Assembly: GCA_965233585.1 (NCBI GenBank)
Contig: CBDDTI010000747.1
Location: forward strand, 640,001 to 704,000
Reading direction: 5' to 3'
Source: a bacterium
Lineage (GTDB): Bacteria; SAR324; NAC60-12
DNA length: 64,000 nt
Shown here: positions 55,937-64,000 of the stretch, piece after piece
How positions within the stretch are numbered: position 1 is the stretch's first letter
How the letters are laid out: each line of letters begins with the position of its first letter
Position numbers and translations under genes: made by a program
The notes under the pieces: generated by a model
Seen by the model: only the letters and a program-made list of their open reading frames with translations
Databases searched by the model: none
Told to the model about the DNA's origin: nothing

Positions 55937-57135
55937 TGTCGTATTCTATTTTAGGAACTTTTTTGACATCGGGAATTTGGGCAGGCTGGAAGAGAAGTTG
56001 GGGATTTTTTTGGTTTGCATTCGCAGTAGATTGTATTTGTCTAGCCTACATTGCATCAACCTACATTGAAGGTCAGAGTTGGCAACATGCGACGTTGACT
56101 TTGTTGTTTTCTCGCTTGTTTCTGGCTGTCATTGTCAGTGACCAAGCTAGGGCATTGCTACGCAAGGTTGGTTGTCATATTCAATTTGCTAAAAAAGGCT
56201 CTTTTGTGAGTCTGGCTGCTGGAGTCCTCGTTAGCAGTGTTGGGTATTATCTCACCATCACACGTTTCTTGTTGGAAGACAAAGACTCCGTTTTACAAAA
56301 ATTCCCTAATAGCAGCGAACTTTTATTTGTGATTAGTAATTCCATTGACAATGGAATTGAGTGGTTGACTATCAATTTTGAAGGTTTTTTTGATTCTTTC
56401 ACTTTTGGTATGAATGCCATACTGCGAACGATTGAGTGGGTATTGGTCAATTCGCCTTGGCCAATCATTGCTGTCTTTCTACTTTGGGCAGCATGGAAGT
56501 CTGGCGGTAGTCGCTTCACTTTATTCGTTCTTTTTGCAATCACTTACATTGGTGTCTTTGGTTTTTGGGAAAAAACGATGAGTACCTTGTCACTGGTGAT
56601 TGTGTCAACGTTCCTTTGTGTTTTGTTGGGCTTGCCTCTTGGTATTTGCTCTGTCAAAAATCGCTATGTCTCACTGATTATGAAGCCGATTCTTGACATG
56701 ATGCAGACCATGCCAAGTTTTGTCTATCTCATTCCTGCAATCGCATTCTTTTCTATTGGAAAGACTCCAGCTGTCATTGCTACCGTGATTTTTGCTCTGC
56801 CCCCTTGCATTCGCTTAACTGCATTGGGAATTGAGCAAGTGCCTGAAGAGGTCAAGGAGGCAGTACTTGCTTATGGAGCGACTCCGTTACAACTTCTTTT
56901 GAAAGCTGAACTTCCGTTGGCAACTCCCTCCATTATGGCGGGGGTGAACCAGAGTATTATGATGTCGCTTTCAATGGTAGTGATTTCTGCACTGATTGGT
57001 GCAGGTGGCTTGGGTTATGATGTGTTGTTTTCTTTGCAACAGGTGGAGGCAGGCACAGGACTTTTAAGTGGCATGAGCATTGTTTTTTGTGCTGTGATTC
57101 TTGACCGCCTTGTGCAAGGAGTCCGTAAACACTAG
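55936..57135 (+). CDS. proW: Glycine betaine/proline ABC transporter permease
   Basis: PILDMMQTMPSFVYLIP, RLTALGI.QV, ELPLA.PSIMAGVNQ. Confidence 0.92.
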   Translation: MSYSILGTFLTSGIWAGWKRSWGFFWFAFAVDCICLAYIASTYIEGQSWQHATLTLLFSRLFLAVIVSDQARALLRKVGCHIQFAKKGSFVSLAAGVLVSSVGYYLTITRFLLEDKDSVLQKFPNSSELLFVISNSIDNGIEWLTINFEGFFDSFTFGMNAILRTIEWVLVNSPWPIIAVFLLWAAWKSGGSRFTLFVLFAITYIGVFGFWEKTMSTLSLVIVSTFLCVLLGLPLGICSVKNRYVSLIMKPILDMMQTMPSFVYLIPAIAFFSIGKTPAVIATVIFALPPCIRLTALGIEQVPEEVKEAVLAYGATPLQLLLKAELPLATPSIMAGVNQSIMMSLSMVVISALIGAGGLGYDVLFSLQQVEAGTGLLSGMSIVFCAVILDRLVQGVRKH

Positions 57136-57202
57136 CCTTTTTTGTGCCAAGTGGATTAGGTAGAAACCTACTTGGTGTTTAACTTTTTACTATTTTGAAA
57201 TT

Positions 57203-58174
57203 ATGAAATACATAAAATCTACTTTCTTTCATCTTGCTAGTTCTCTGATTGTTTTGGCTAGCATGGGGTTTTCTTCTGCTTTCGCAAAAGAAACTGTTGT
57301 CATTGGGCAACTCAACTGGACGGCATCTCTTGCAATCCAAGACGTGTTGAAACAAATTTTGGAAAAGCAATTTGATGTCAATGTGAAATATATGGCATTA
57401 GACCCTTCCGTCCTATACAAAGCGATGGACGAAGGCAGTGTGGACATTCACCCTGACCTATGGTTGCCAAATAATCAAAACCTTTATGACACTTATGCTA
57501 AAAGAGGCACAATCATACTCGGCAAACAGCACTACGTTGGTAAAAATGCGTTTTTTATTCCCGGTTACATTCAGGATAAACATAAAATCTATTCCGTCAA
57601 AGATCTGAAGGACAAAGAGACTTCCAGATTGTTTGATGTTGATGGAGATGGCAAAGGTGATTACTGGGCAGGTGCGCCTGGGTGGAACATCACCGCAGAA
57701 AATCAAGTTCGTTGGAAGGACTACGGCTTGAGTGACCATTATCAAGTCGTATCTGTTTCTGATGCGGCAATTAAAGGGCTACTCAAATCGCGTTACAAGC
57801 GAAAAAAAGGAATCATCTTTTACTACTGGAGTCCGGAGTGGTTACATGCCAAGTATGATTTAAGACAACTGGAAGAGCCTGCATATTATGAGGGATGTAG
57901 CCAAATGAAAGACCCTAAGAAGGACCCAAATTGGTTGAAAAATAGCTCAATTAACTGTGCCGCTCAAGATGCTAAGGTTTATATTGCCTATTCCAGCCAT
58001 CTTCAAAAAAGACTACCTGACGTTGTCAAGTTCATTAACAATGTCAAATTAAAGCCAGAAATGATCAATGAGTGGGTTCTTAAGGTTGATTTTGAAAGAC
58101 GATCTGTACAATCCGTTGTTGAGCAATGGATTCAGGATAACCAAAGTACTGTCAATCAGTGGTTAGAAAACTGA
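57203..58174 (+). CDS. proX: Glycine betaine-type ABC substrate-binding protein
   Basis: NWTAS, DIHPDLWLP, GAPGW, FYYWSP.W. Confidence 0.88.
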   Translation: MKYIKSTFFHLASSLIVLASMGFSSAFAKETVVIGQLNWTASLAIQDVLKQILEKQFDVNVKYMALDPSVLYKAMDEGSVDIHPDLWLPNNQNLYDTYAKRGTIILGKQHYVGKNAFFIPGYIQDKHKIYSVKDLKDKETSRLFDVDGDGKGDYWAGAPGWNITAENQVRWKDYGLSDHYQVVSVSDAAIKGLLKSRYKRKKGIIFYYWSPEWLHAKYDLRQLEEPAYYEGCSQMKDPKKDPNWLKNSSINCAAQDAKVYIAYSSHLQKRLPDVVKFINNVKLKPEMINEWVLKVDFERRSVQSVVEQWIQDNQSTVNQWLEN

Positions 58175-58180
58175 TCTTGT

Positions 58181-58213
58181 AAGTTCTGAAGTGCCATTTG
58201 TGCTTCAGAACTT
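58181..58213. terminator. Hairpin between convergent proX and HEPN genes
   Basis: AAGTTCTGAAG-N11-CTTCAGAACTT perfect 11-bp stem. Confidence 0.65.
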
Positions 58214-58236
58214 GTCTTGTCAAACTTCCTTTTTCA

Positions 58237-58710
58237 TCAATCCACAGTAAGAGAGTCCCAGTAATTTTCGTGAGTTTTCCAAAACTTGCCAATAGTCGTC
58301 TGCACTTTTTTTGTTGCACGAAGGAGCGACTTGGCAAAGTCTGGCGTAAAGGTGGGTAATGTCTTTTTGATTCCAAAAGCATCACGTTCAATGCACTCAT
58401 CAAGAAGATAACAAACCGCTCGTAGCTCTTCTAATGTGGACGGCTTGCCTGATTGTTCAAGTAACTTGGTTTCGTATTCAATGCAAGCGTTCAACAATTC
58501 AACAGCTGAGAATGTAGGGAGCTGAAAACCTCCGCTGGCTTCTAAAATGGAAGCTAAAGCATTTACTGCTGATTGAGAACTCAACATGGCGCTTTTGGCA
58601 ATTTGAGATTTGACGCATTCTTTTGCCATTTTATAGTCTTCTTGCGATTGAAGCCACGATGTTTTGGCTCTTTGTAATGTTCGTTTAGAGATGCTTGAGA
58701 GGTTTGACAT
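58237..58710 (-). CDS. HEPN domain protein (stand-alone)
   Basis: W..QS.EDY..A....A..LSSQSA..AL.SIL pattern. TAATG overlap with pyrE. Confidence 0.65.
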   Translation of the reverse strand: MSNLSSISKRTLQRAKTSWLQSQEDYKMAKECVKSQIAKSAMLSSQSAVNALASILEASGGFQLPTFSAVELLNACIEYETKLLEQSGKPSTLEELRAVCYLLDECIERDAFGIKKTLPTFTPDFAKSLLRATKKVQTTIGKFWKTHENYWDSLTVD

Positions 58711-59372
58711 TATTGATGAGATAAATATTGAAAAATTTGGTCAGATTTGTCTTGAGTTAAGTAAACTTTGCCATTGATTTTGTGATTTGTCAAAATTTTC
58801 AAAGCCTCTTTGATTGTCAAAATAGAATACACAGGAGTTTGCGTCGCTTGCTCAAATGCAACACTAAACTGAATCCCTTCTGCATTAATTTCCATACGAT
58901 CTAATGCAACTAAAACACCAAGAATCTTTGCATTGAGTGTGCATTGAATCAGCTCAATCGTCTCCGTCTTCGTTGCCCCATTGGTCATCACATCATCAAC
59001 AATCACTAGCTTTTCTTCATTTTGAGGCGTGAATCCCACAAACAAACCTTGATCCCCATGAGGTTTGGCTTCTTTACGATTGAAACAGTATTTGACAGGT
59101 TCATGTTTGAGTGACTCTAATTGCATGGCTGTTGAAATGGCTAGAGGAATGCCTTTGTATGCAGGACCGAATATAAGCTCACAGTTAGGAAAGTATTCTG
59201 TCATGGCTTGGGCATAAAACATTCCAAGACGCTTTAAAAATGATGATTGATTGAAGCATGCCGAATTAAAGAAATACGGAGATTGCTTGCCACTTTTGAG
59301 CGTAAAATCCCCAAATTGCAATGCCTCTGCCTCTACTAGAAAATGGGCAAACTCTTGTTTGTATTGTTTCAT
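58710..59372 (-). CDS. pyrE: Orotate phosphoribosyltransferase
   Basis: FGDFTLKSG..SPYFFN, FGPAYKGIP, NRKEAK.HG, VDDVMT.G. Confidence 0.96.
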   Translation of the reverse strand: MKQYKQEFAHFLVEAEALQFGDFTLKSGKQSPYFFNSACFNQSSFLKRLGMFYAQAMTEYFPNCELIFGPAYKGIPLAISTAMQLESLKHEPVKYCFNRKEAKPHGDQGLFVGFTPQNEEKLVIVDDVMTNGATKTETIELIQCTLNAKILGVLVALDRMEINAEGIQFSVAFEQATQTPVYSILTIKEALKILTNHKINGKVYLTQDKSDQIFQYLSHQ

Positions 59373-59397
59373 AAGGATTTAAAAATTTTTCTGAAGC

Positions 59398-59955
59398 CTA
59401 ACATGGTTGGTCAGCAGATTTTGTTGGGTGTGGAAGTTTGACAGGCAGACCACCGAGACCTTTTATTTTTTCAAAATAAACAAAGATGTGTTGTTGCTGA
59501 ATGTCAAGGTAAATGATTAGGTCTGCTTGTTTGAGCTTGACCTGCAAATCGGGAAACTGCTTTTGCACCGCATGTCCTACTTTTGCCTCAATCTCAGGAG
59601 AAGTTAAGTGGAAAAATTTGTCCTTGCGTCTGGATTCAATACAGAACGAATTGATTGACTTTTGTTTGGCAAGAGAGGTCAATTTTTCACAAACAAACTG
59701 GCATAAGACGTCAAGCTCACGTGGTAAAACAAAAACAGGCAAGATGTAGGCAATGCCCGATATGCTCTTCAACAGTTCTAAGACTTGCTCCCTTTGACCT
59801 TCAAAATCAATACGAATCTGGTCAAACTCCACATGTAACTGCACCAAAAACGGCTTCAAAGACCTACGAATATTGGAGGCAAGCAGTCCGATTAAGTATT
59901 GACGACTCCGACTTTTAATTCCAATTTCAGAGTATCTGATTAACAAGACACTCAT
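59398..59955 (-). CDS. THUMP-domain protein: ThiI N-terminal half only
   Basis: IRYSEIGIKS, R.DK.F..TS, V.L...D, ends G.GGLPV + 13 aa. No PP-loop domain. Confidence 0.8.
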   Translation of the reverse strand: MSVLLIRYSEIGIKSRSRQYLIGLLASNIRRSLKPFLVQLHVEFDQIRIDFEGQREQVLELLKSISGIAYILPVFVLPRELDVLCQFVCEKLTSLAKQKSINSFCIESRRKDKFFHLTSPEIEAKVGHAVQKQFPDLQVKLKQADLIIYLDIQQQHIFVYFEKIKGLGGLPVKLPHPTKSADQPC

Positions 59956-59973
59956 AAGCCACTGAGATTCAAA

Positions 59974-60141
59974 TTATGCGGAGGGTGTTTTAGAAGTTTT
60001 GAGAAGACCGAAATCATAAAGATAGTTAAGCACTTGCCCAAAAATCCCCGAAAATAGGAAGGTCAAAACCACTGCAGGAACACTTGCAATGACCATCATC
60101 CAAGGAATGACAAAGAAGTAAAAAATCCATTCAGGAGCCAT
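59974..60141 (-). CDS. 55-aa membrane microprotein (MAPEWIFYFFVIPWMMVIASVPAVVLTFLFSGIFGQVLNYLYDFGLLKTSKTPSA)
   Basis: Hand-translated. AGGA RBS, fills the gap before the THUMP gene. Below ORF track cutoff. Confidence 0.55.
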   Translation of the reverse strand: MAPEWIFYFFVIPWMMVIASVPAVVLTFLFSGIFGQVLNYLYDFGLLKTSKTPSA

Positions 60142-60299
60142 CGTTTTCCTTAATTATAGGTGTGAATCATAAAAAACAGGTAGAATCTCATAAATTTTTT
60201 TAAATGGCAAGTTGCAAATATGCTGATGTTCATTTGAATCAACTCATTTGAAACTTGATGAGGGTTGGGGAAGAGTCCAATGAAGTCAAAACGATTTTT

Positions 60300-61413
60300 T
60301 CAAAAAATAGAAAGGTAGGCTTTTTTAGAAAGGGCAACTTTGATGAAGCTGTCAAGCTCTCCACCTAAAACTGCAGAGGTATTGCCTGTTTCATGGTTGG
60401 TGCGATGGTCTTTGACCATCTGGTAAGGGTGCAGTACATAGCTGCGGATTTGACTACCCCACGCATTTTCTTGTTTTTCTGCATGAAGTTTGTCTTTTTC
60501 TTTGTTGGCTTCTTGAAGTTCACGTTCATAAAGGCGAGCTTTGAGAACTTTCATAGCAGTTGCACGATTTTTATGCTGAGACCTCTCATTTTGACATTGC
60601 ACAACAATTCCTGTTGGTAGATGTGTGATTCTGACTGCAGAATCAGTGGTATTGACATGCTGACCTCCTGCACCACTTGCACGATAAGTATCTACTTGAA
60701 GTTCGTCAGGTTTGATTTCAAGGTCAATCTCTTGTTCAATGTCAGCATAAACAAAGACTGATGCAAAAGAGGTATGACGTCGTTTATTGGAGTCAAAAGG
60801 AGAAATCCGCACCAAACGATGCACGCCATGTTCGGTTTTTAGCTTGCCGTAAGCGTACATGCCTCCAACTGCAAAAGACACAGATTTGATGCCAGCTTCG
60901 TCTCCTGCAAGAAAATTTAACTCTTCTACTTTGTAGCCACAACGAGTTGCCCATTTAAGATACATGTCATAAAGCATGGCTGCCCAATCACTTGACTCTG
61001 TACCTCCTGCCCCTGGGTGAATTTCAACAATCGCATTGCCTTCATCATGTTGCTGTGAAAACAAATGCACAATTTCTAATTCCTCACTTTGACTTTCTGC
61101 ATGCTCTAAATTTTGGGCAACCTCTGACAGAAAATCAGCATCTTCACTTTCTTGATAAAGTTCTATGGCGATTTGAATTTCTTCACAAAGCGAGGCAAGT
61201 TTATCATACTGACTGATGATATGAGCAAGATTGGAGGCTTGTTTAAGAACTTTGGCACGTGCGTCAGGTTCTAATTGCCAAAAAGTGTCTTGCGAGGTCT
61301 CATTTTGAAGTGTTTCAAGTTGGGTCTTTTTTGAGGCAATGTCAAAGATACCCCCGCAAACTGATTAAACGAGTAGCAATGACTTCACAACGAGCTTGAT
61401 AGTCTTCAATCAT
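60300..61413 (-). CDS. prfB: Peptide chain release factor 2 with programmed +1 frameshift (about 370 aa)
   Basis: ATG 61413, 23 codons to GGGGG TAT CTT TGA C (61341-61355). The +1 frame continues to SPF and GGQ motifs. Confidence 0.96.
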
Positions 61414-61434
61414 TTTTTGAGTAAGAAGAGAAGG

Positions 61435-62199
61435 TTAGGAATGAGAATTGTGCCAGTGTTCAAAAAGTCGCATATAGTCTTGGATGACTTTTTCTGGGGG
61501 TAATTCCAGACTTTTGGAATAACTTTGTAAGAATCCTTTGACATAGACTGCGGCAGAAGGTAAAGACTTAAAATTCTCATCTTCAATCGCTTGCAAATAG
61601 ACCAGTCGGACACAAATATCTTTGGCAATTTCTGAAAGGTCAATTTGTTTGATTTCACGGACTGTCCGCAAGGCTTCTCCATTGAAACAAGCAATAGATG
61701 CAATGAAGTTATCAGCCTGTTCTTGGGAGACGCGGTTTTTATAATTAAGTAACTTTCGTTGCCTTAAACGATCGGAAGAATATTTGCGGGTCTCTCCGTT
61801 GGTAAACACTTTGACAGCAGGTGTATTTTTAATGATTAAAGGAGATTCCATATCTTCTTCTTCCACAACTTCTGGGGTGGAATTGTTCTCTACAAGGAAC
61901 AAAGTAGGGGCTTTTTTAGGGGTGGCTTGGTTTTGGAGTTTGTAATCATAATTTTTCCGAGAAATAGGGTCGCTCAAAATCATGTAGGCTTCCGTAATTC
62001 TTCTTAAAATTCCATCTGACTCTTCTGCAGAAAACAGGGAATAAGAAGCAAGAGAGTTCTGCTCAAACGTCTGTATAGCGATCTCGTATGCCTCTCTAAT
62101 GGCTTTTTCACTGGCATCAGAACACAAGCCTAACAATTCATAATAATTCTCTTTGTTTTTATTTTGCTGCTTGTGCTTGTTTAAAACATTGAATTGCAT
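61435..62199 (-). CDS. J-domain-like + RodZ-type HTH protein
   Basis: NYYELLGL...AS...IREAY..I.EAY.ILSDP..RK.YD, and GEALR..RE...I.L.EIA...YLQAIE.E.F..LP..VYVKGFL..Y...L.L. Confidence 0.8.
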   Translation of the reverse strand: MQFNVLNKHKQQNKNKENYYELLGLCSDASEKAIREAYEIAIQTFEQNSLASYSLFSAEESDGILRRITEAYMILSDPISRKNYDYKLQNQATPKKAPTLFLVENNSTPEVVEEEDMESPLIIKNTPAVKVFTNGETRKYSSDRLRQRKLLNYKNRVSQEQADNFIASIACFNGEALRTVREIKQIDLSEIAKDICVRLVYLQAIEDENFKSLPSAAVYVKGFLQSYSKSLELPPEKVIQDYMRLFEHWHNSHS

Positions 62200-62200
62200 A

Positions 62201-63130
62201 CTATAAAAAGTGATCTGGTTTGAGATAGTTGTTACGGATCAAATTATCGCAAATCTGATGGAGTCCTTCTTGGATTGGTGAGTCTGTCTGTTGCATCATC
62301 AAAGGCTTTCGCTGCACAATAGACTTCCAAACCATTGTGCTGTGTTCCACATATCCTGCAAAATCAAAACGGATTCCGAAGTATTTATGACAGGCTTGTT
62401 GCATAGCGAATCCAATTCTACGGTCATGTTCATTACGAATTTGATTTAACACAAGTTTAGGGCAAAATTGTGCCACTTGTTCCTTTGTAAAATCAGAATA
62501 ACCATGGTCTGATAGGTAGTTTAATAGCTCATTAGGGGTTCTCACGCCTGAAATGTTGTCGCGATACATGACAGTGTAGAGAATCTCTTTGATGTTTTTA
62601 TCGTGGGCGTTGTATCGGATTTGACGATAAAATCCACTCTTGATAAAACGATACGCATTTTCAACGGCTGTTGGTTCAGGAATGACTACAAGAATTTGCA
62701 CATCTGCCAACAAGAAGAAGTCCAGTGTATTGAAGTTAGAACCTGCACCTAAATCTAAGATGACATAATCGGCATCTAAGTTTTTGATAGCCTTGAGGAT
62801 TCTTATTTTTTGGGCGTGACGCAAGTTCGTAATTCCGACAGCATCATGTGCGCCACTAATTAGCTTCAAGTTTCTTACAGGAGTTGGACATGCAACATTT
62901 GCTAATTCTTTCACTTCATGGTTAAGGAAGTGTGAAAGTCCTTTCTGTGGATTGGCAACACCAAGGCAGGTATGCAGATTTGCCCCCCCTAGATCACCAT
63001 CAAACAAAACAACATTAAAGCCTTTGTGAGTTAATGCGATAGCAAGGTTACTGCTGATAAAACTTTTACCAACACCCCCTTTGCCTCCTCCAATTGCCCA
63101 AATCTGTGGTTGTGTCATATCATGCGTCAT
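62201..63130 (-). CDS. MinD/FlhG-like ParA family ATPase
   Basis: GGKGGVGKS, D.DLGGANL, LDLGAG, PEPTA.ENAY. Confidence 0.88.
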   Translation of the reverse strand: MTHDMTQPQIWAIGGGKGGVGKSFISSNLAIALTHKGFNVVLFDGDLGGANLHTCLGVANPQKGLSHFLNHEVKELANVACPTPVRNLKLISGAHDAVGITNLRHAQKIRILKAIKNLDADYVILDLGAGSNFNTLDFFLLADVQILVVIPEPTAVENAYRFIKSGFYRQIRYNAHDKNIKEILYTVMYRDNISGVRTPNELLNYLSDHGYSDFTKEQVAQFCPKLVLNQIRNEHDRRIGFAMQQACHKYFGIRFDFAGYVEHSTMVWKSIVQRKPLMMQQTDSPIQEGLHQICDNLIRNNYLKPDHFL

Positions 63131-63264
63131 TCAAATAGGTTGACAGGCTTTCCGAATGGGACTCTAGCAATTTATTGACCATTTTTAAAGAAGGCGTCCA
63201 TTTTTTATGAAAAGTCAGTCAAGACTATCTGGGAAATCAAGAAGAGGACAATGAGAAAAAGGAG

Positions 63265-63981
63265 TTAATCCGTTGACATCTGACTCAATGCCTCTCCAAG
63301 TGCTTGTTCTAATTTTTGAGTGTGCTGCGAGGATTCAGTGTATCGGAGGTACCTCAAGCCTTTATTGAAAAGAGGGGACATGCGTGAACGATGATACCCT
63401 GTTGGCAAATAAGGTTGAAAAATCTCAAAGGAGTAGAAATGCCTTAAAATATAATTGCAGTAGTCTATTGTCATGGCATTGCGGATTTTAGTATTAGAAT
63501 TGGGAACTGATAACTTGGACATGCAAGCACTAGAAAACGACAGCCATTCTCCAAAAATGGAAAAAATAGTTTTAAGGCACTCCTCCTTTAATCGGTTTGG
63601 TGCATTTTTAAATTCTTCTAGTAACATTAAGTATTCACCTCCTAATAATTGAGACCTTGCAAAAGTACTCATTGGCACCTGAATATGATAGACAACTTCC
63701 CAATTTTGCATCCTCTCCAAAATATTGTATGCCAACGGGTAAAGAAGTGGTAGGTGTCGCAGTACCTGGATCAAGGAATAGGTGGATTGTTGAATACGAT
63801 GAATCTCTTGTTCATCAAGTTTTTTGGTTTGGTGTTCAAGGGAGTCAAATGCTGACAAATTAAGTAGTATCTCTGTTTTCAGTAAATTCCCTTGCTCTAG
63901 TGCAAGCCTCTGACTCATTGACTTCAGATACTTCATATTGCCAATGTTGGACTCAAGCAAGGTAATCTGCTCTAAGATCAT
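63265..63981 (-). CDS. Hypothetical helical protein (may start beyond window end)
   Basis: Long ORF with no recognised motif. Confidence 0.6.
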   Translation of the reverse strand: MILEQITLLESNIGNMKYLKSMSQRLALEQGNLLKTEILLNLSAFDSLEHQTKKLDEQEIHRIQQSTYSLIQVLRHLPLLYPLAYNILERMQNWEVVYHIQVPMSTFARSQLLGGEYLMLLEEFKNAPNRLKEECLKTIFSIFGEWLSFSSACMSKLSVPNSNTKIRNAMTIDYCNYILRHFYSFEIFQPYLPTGYHRSRMSPLFNKGLRYLRYTESSQHTQKLEQALGEALSQMSTD

Positions 63982-64000
63982 TTCTGTTTGCTGATAGTAA

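Noticed and set aside
58237..58710. HEPN gene as a toxin of an MNT-HEPN or defence system
   Set aside because: There is no adjacent nucleotidyltransferase and no clear Rx4-6H motif, and it is coupled to pyrE.
61410..61703. 97-aa minus-strand ORF as the prfB N-terminus
   Set aside because: It is an alternate frame inside the J/HTH gene. The real prfB start is ATG 61413.
1..64000. tRNA, rRNA, CRISPR array, transposase or integrase genes
   Set aside because: None was recognised by eye. A covariance-model scan would be needed to exclude small RNAs.

Overview
AT-rich bacterial chromosomal segment. Gene content suggests a deltaproteobacteria-like or SAR324-like lineage, but this is a low-confidence guess. 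Housekeeping genes (def, coaD, uvrA, argJ, pstS, recJ, obgE, pta, rluB, argF, epmA/efp, tilS, proVWX, pyrE, prfB) are interspersed with accessory modules. The standout is a tightly coupled six-gene operon at 42931-50102. It encodes an exported protein with a beta-barrel-like C-terminus, two exported proteins built from FliF-like ring domains plus TPRs, an apparent natural FliF-like/TM/FliG fusion, and a MotA/MotB pair with Na+-type signatures. No export, rod, hook or filament genes are nearby, so it is a candidate flagellar-motor-derived, non-flagellar rotary envelope machine. Other notable items: an integron attC site bounding an R-M cassette with no integrase in the window; a tandem array of four mosaic lipoprotein paralogs; a three-unit array of coupled micro-membrane-protein gene pairs, mostly missed by the ORF track; a double-length UvrA; an EpmA that appears to retain a LysRS-like N-terminal domain; a stand-alone THUMP (truncated ThiI); and the prfB programmed frameshift. 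All family assignments come from motif recognition by eye. No searches were run.
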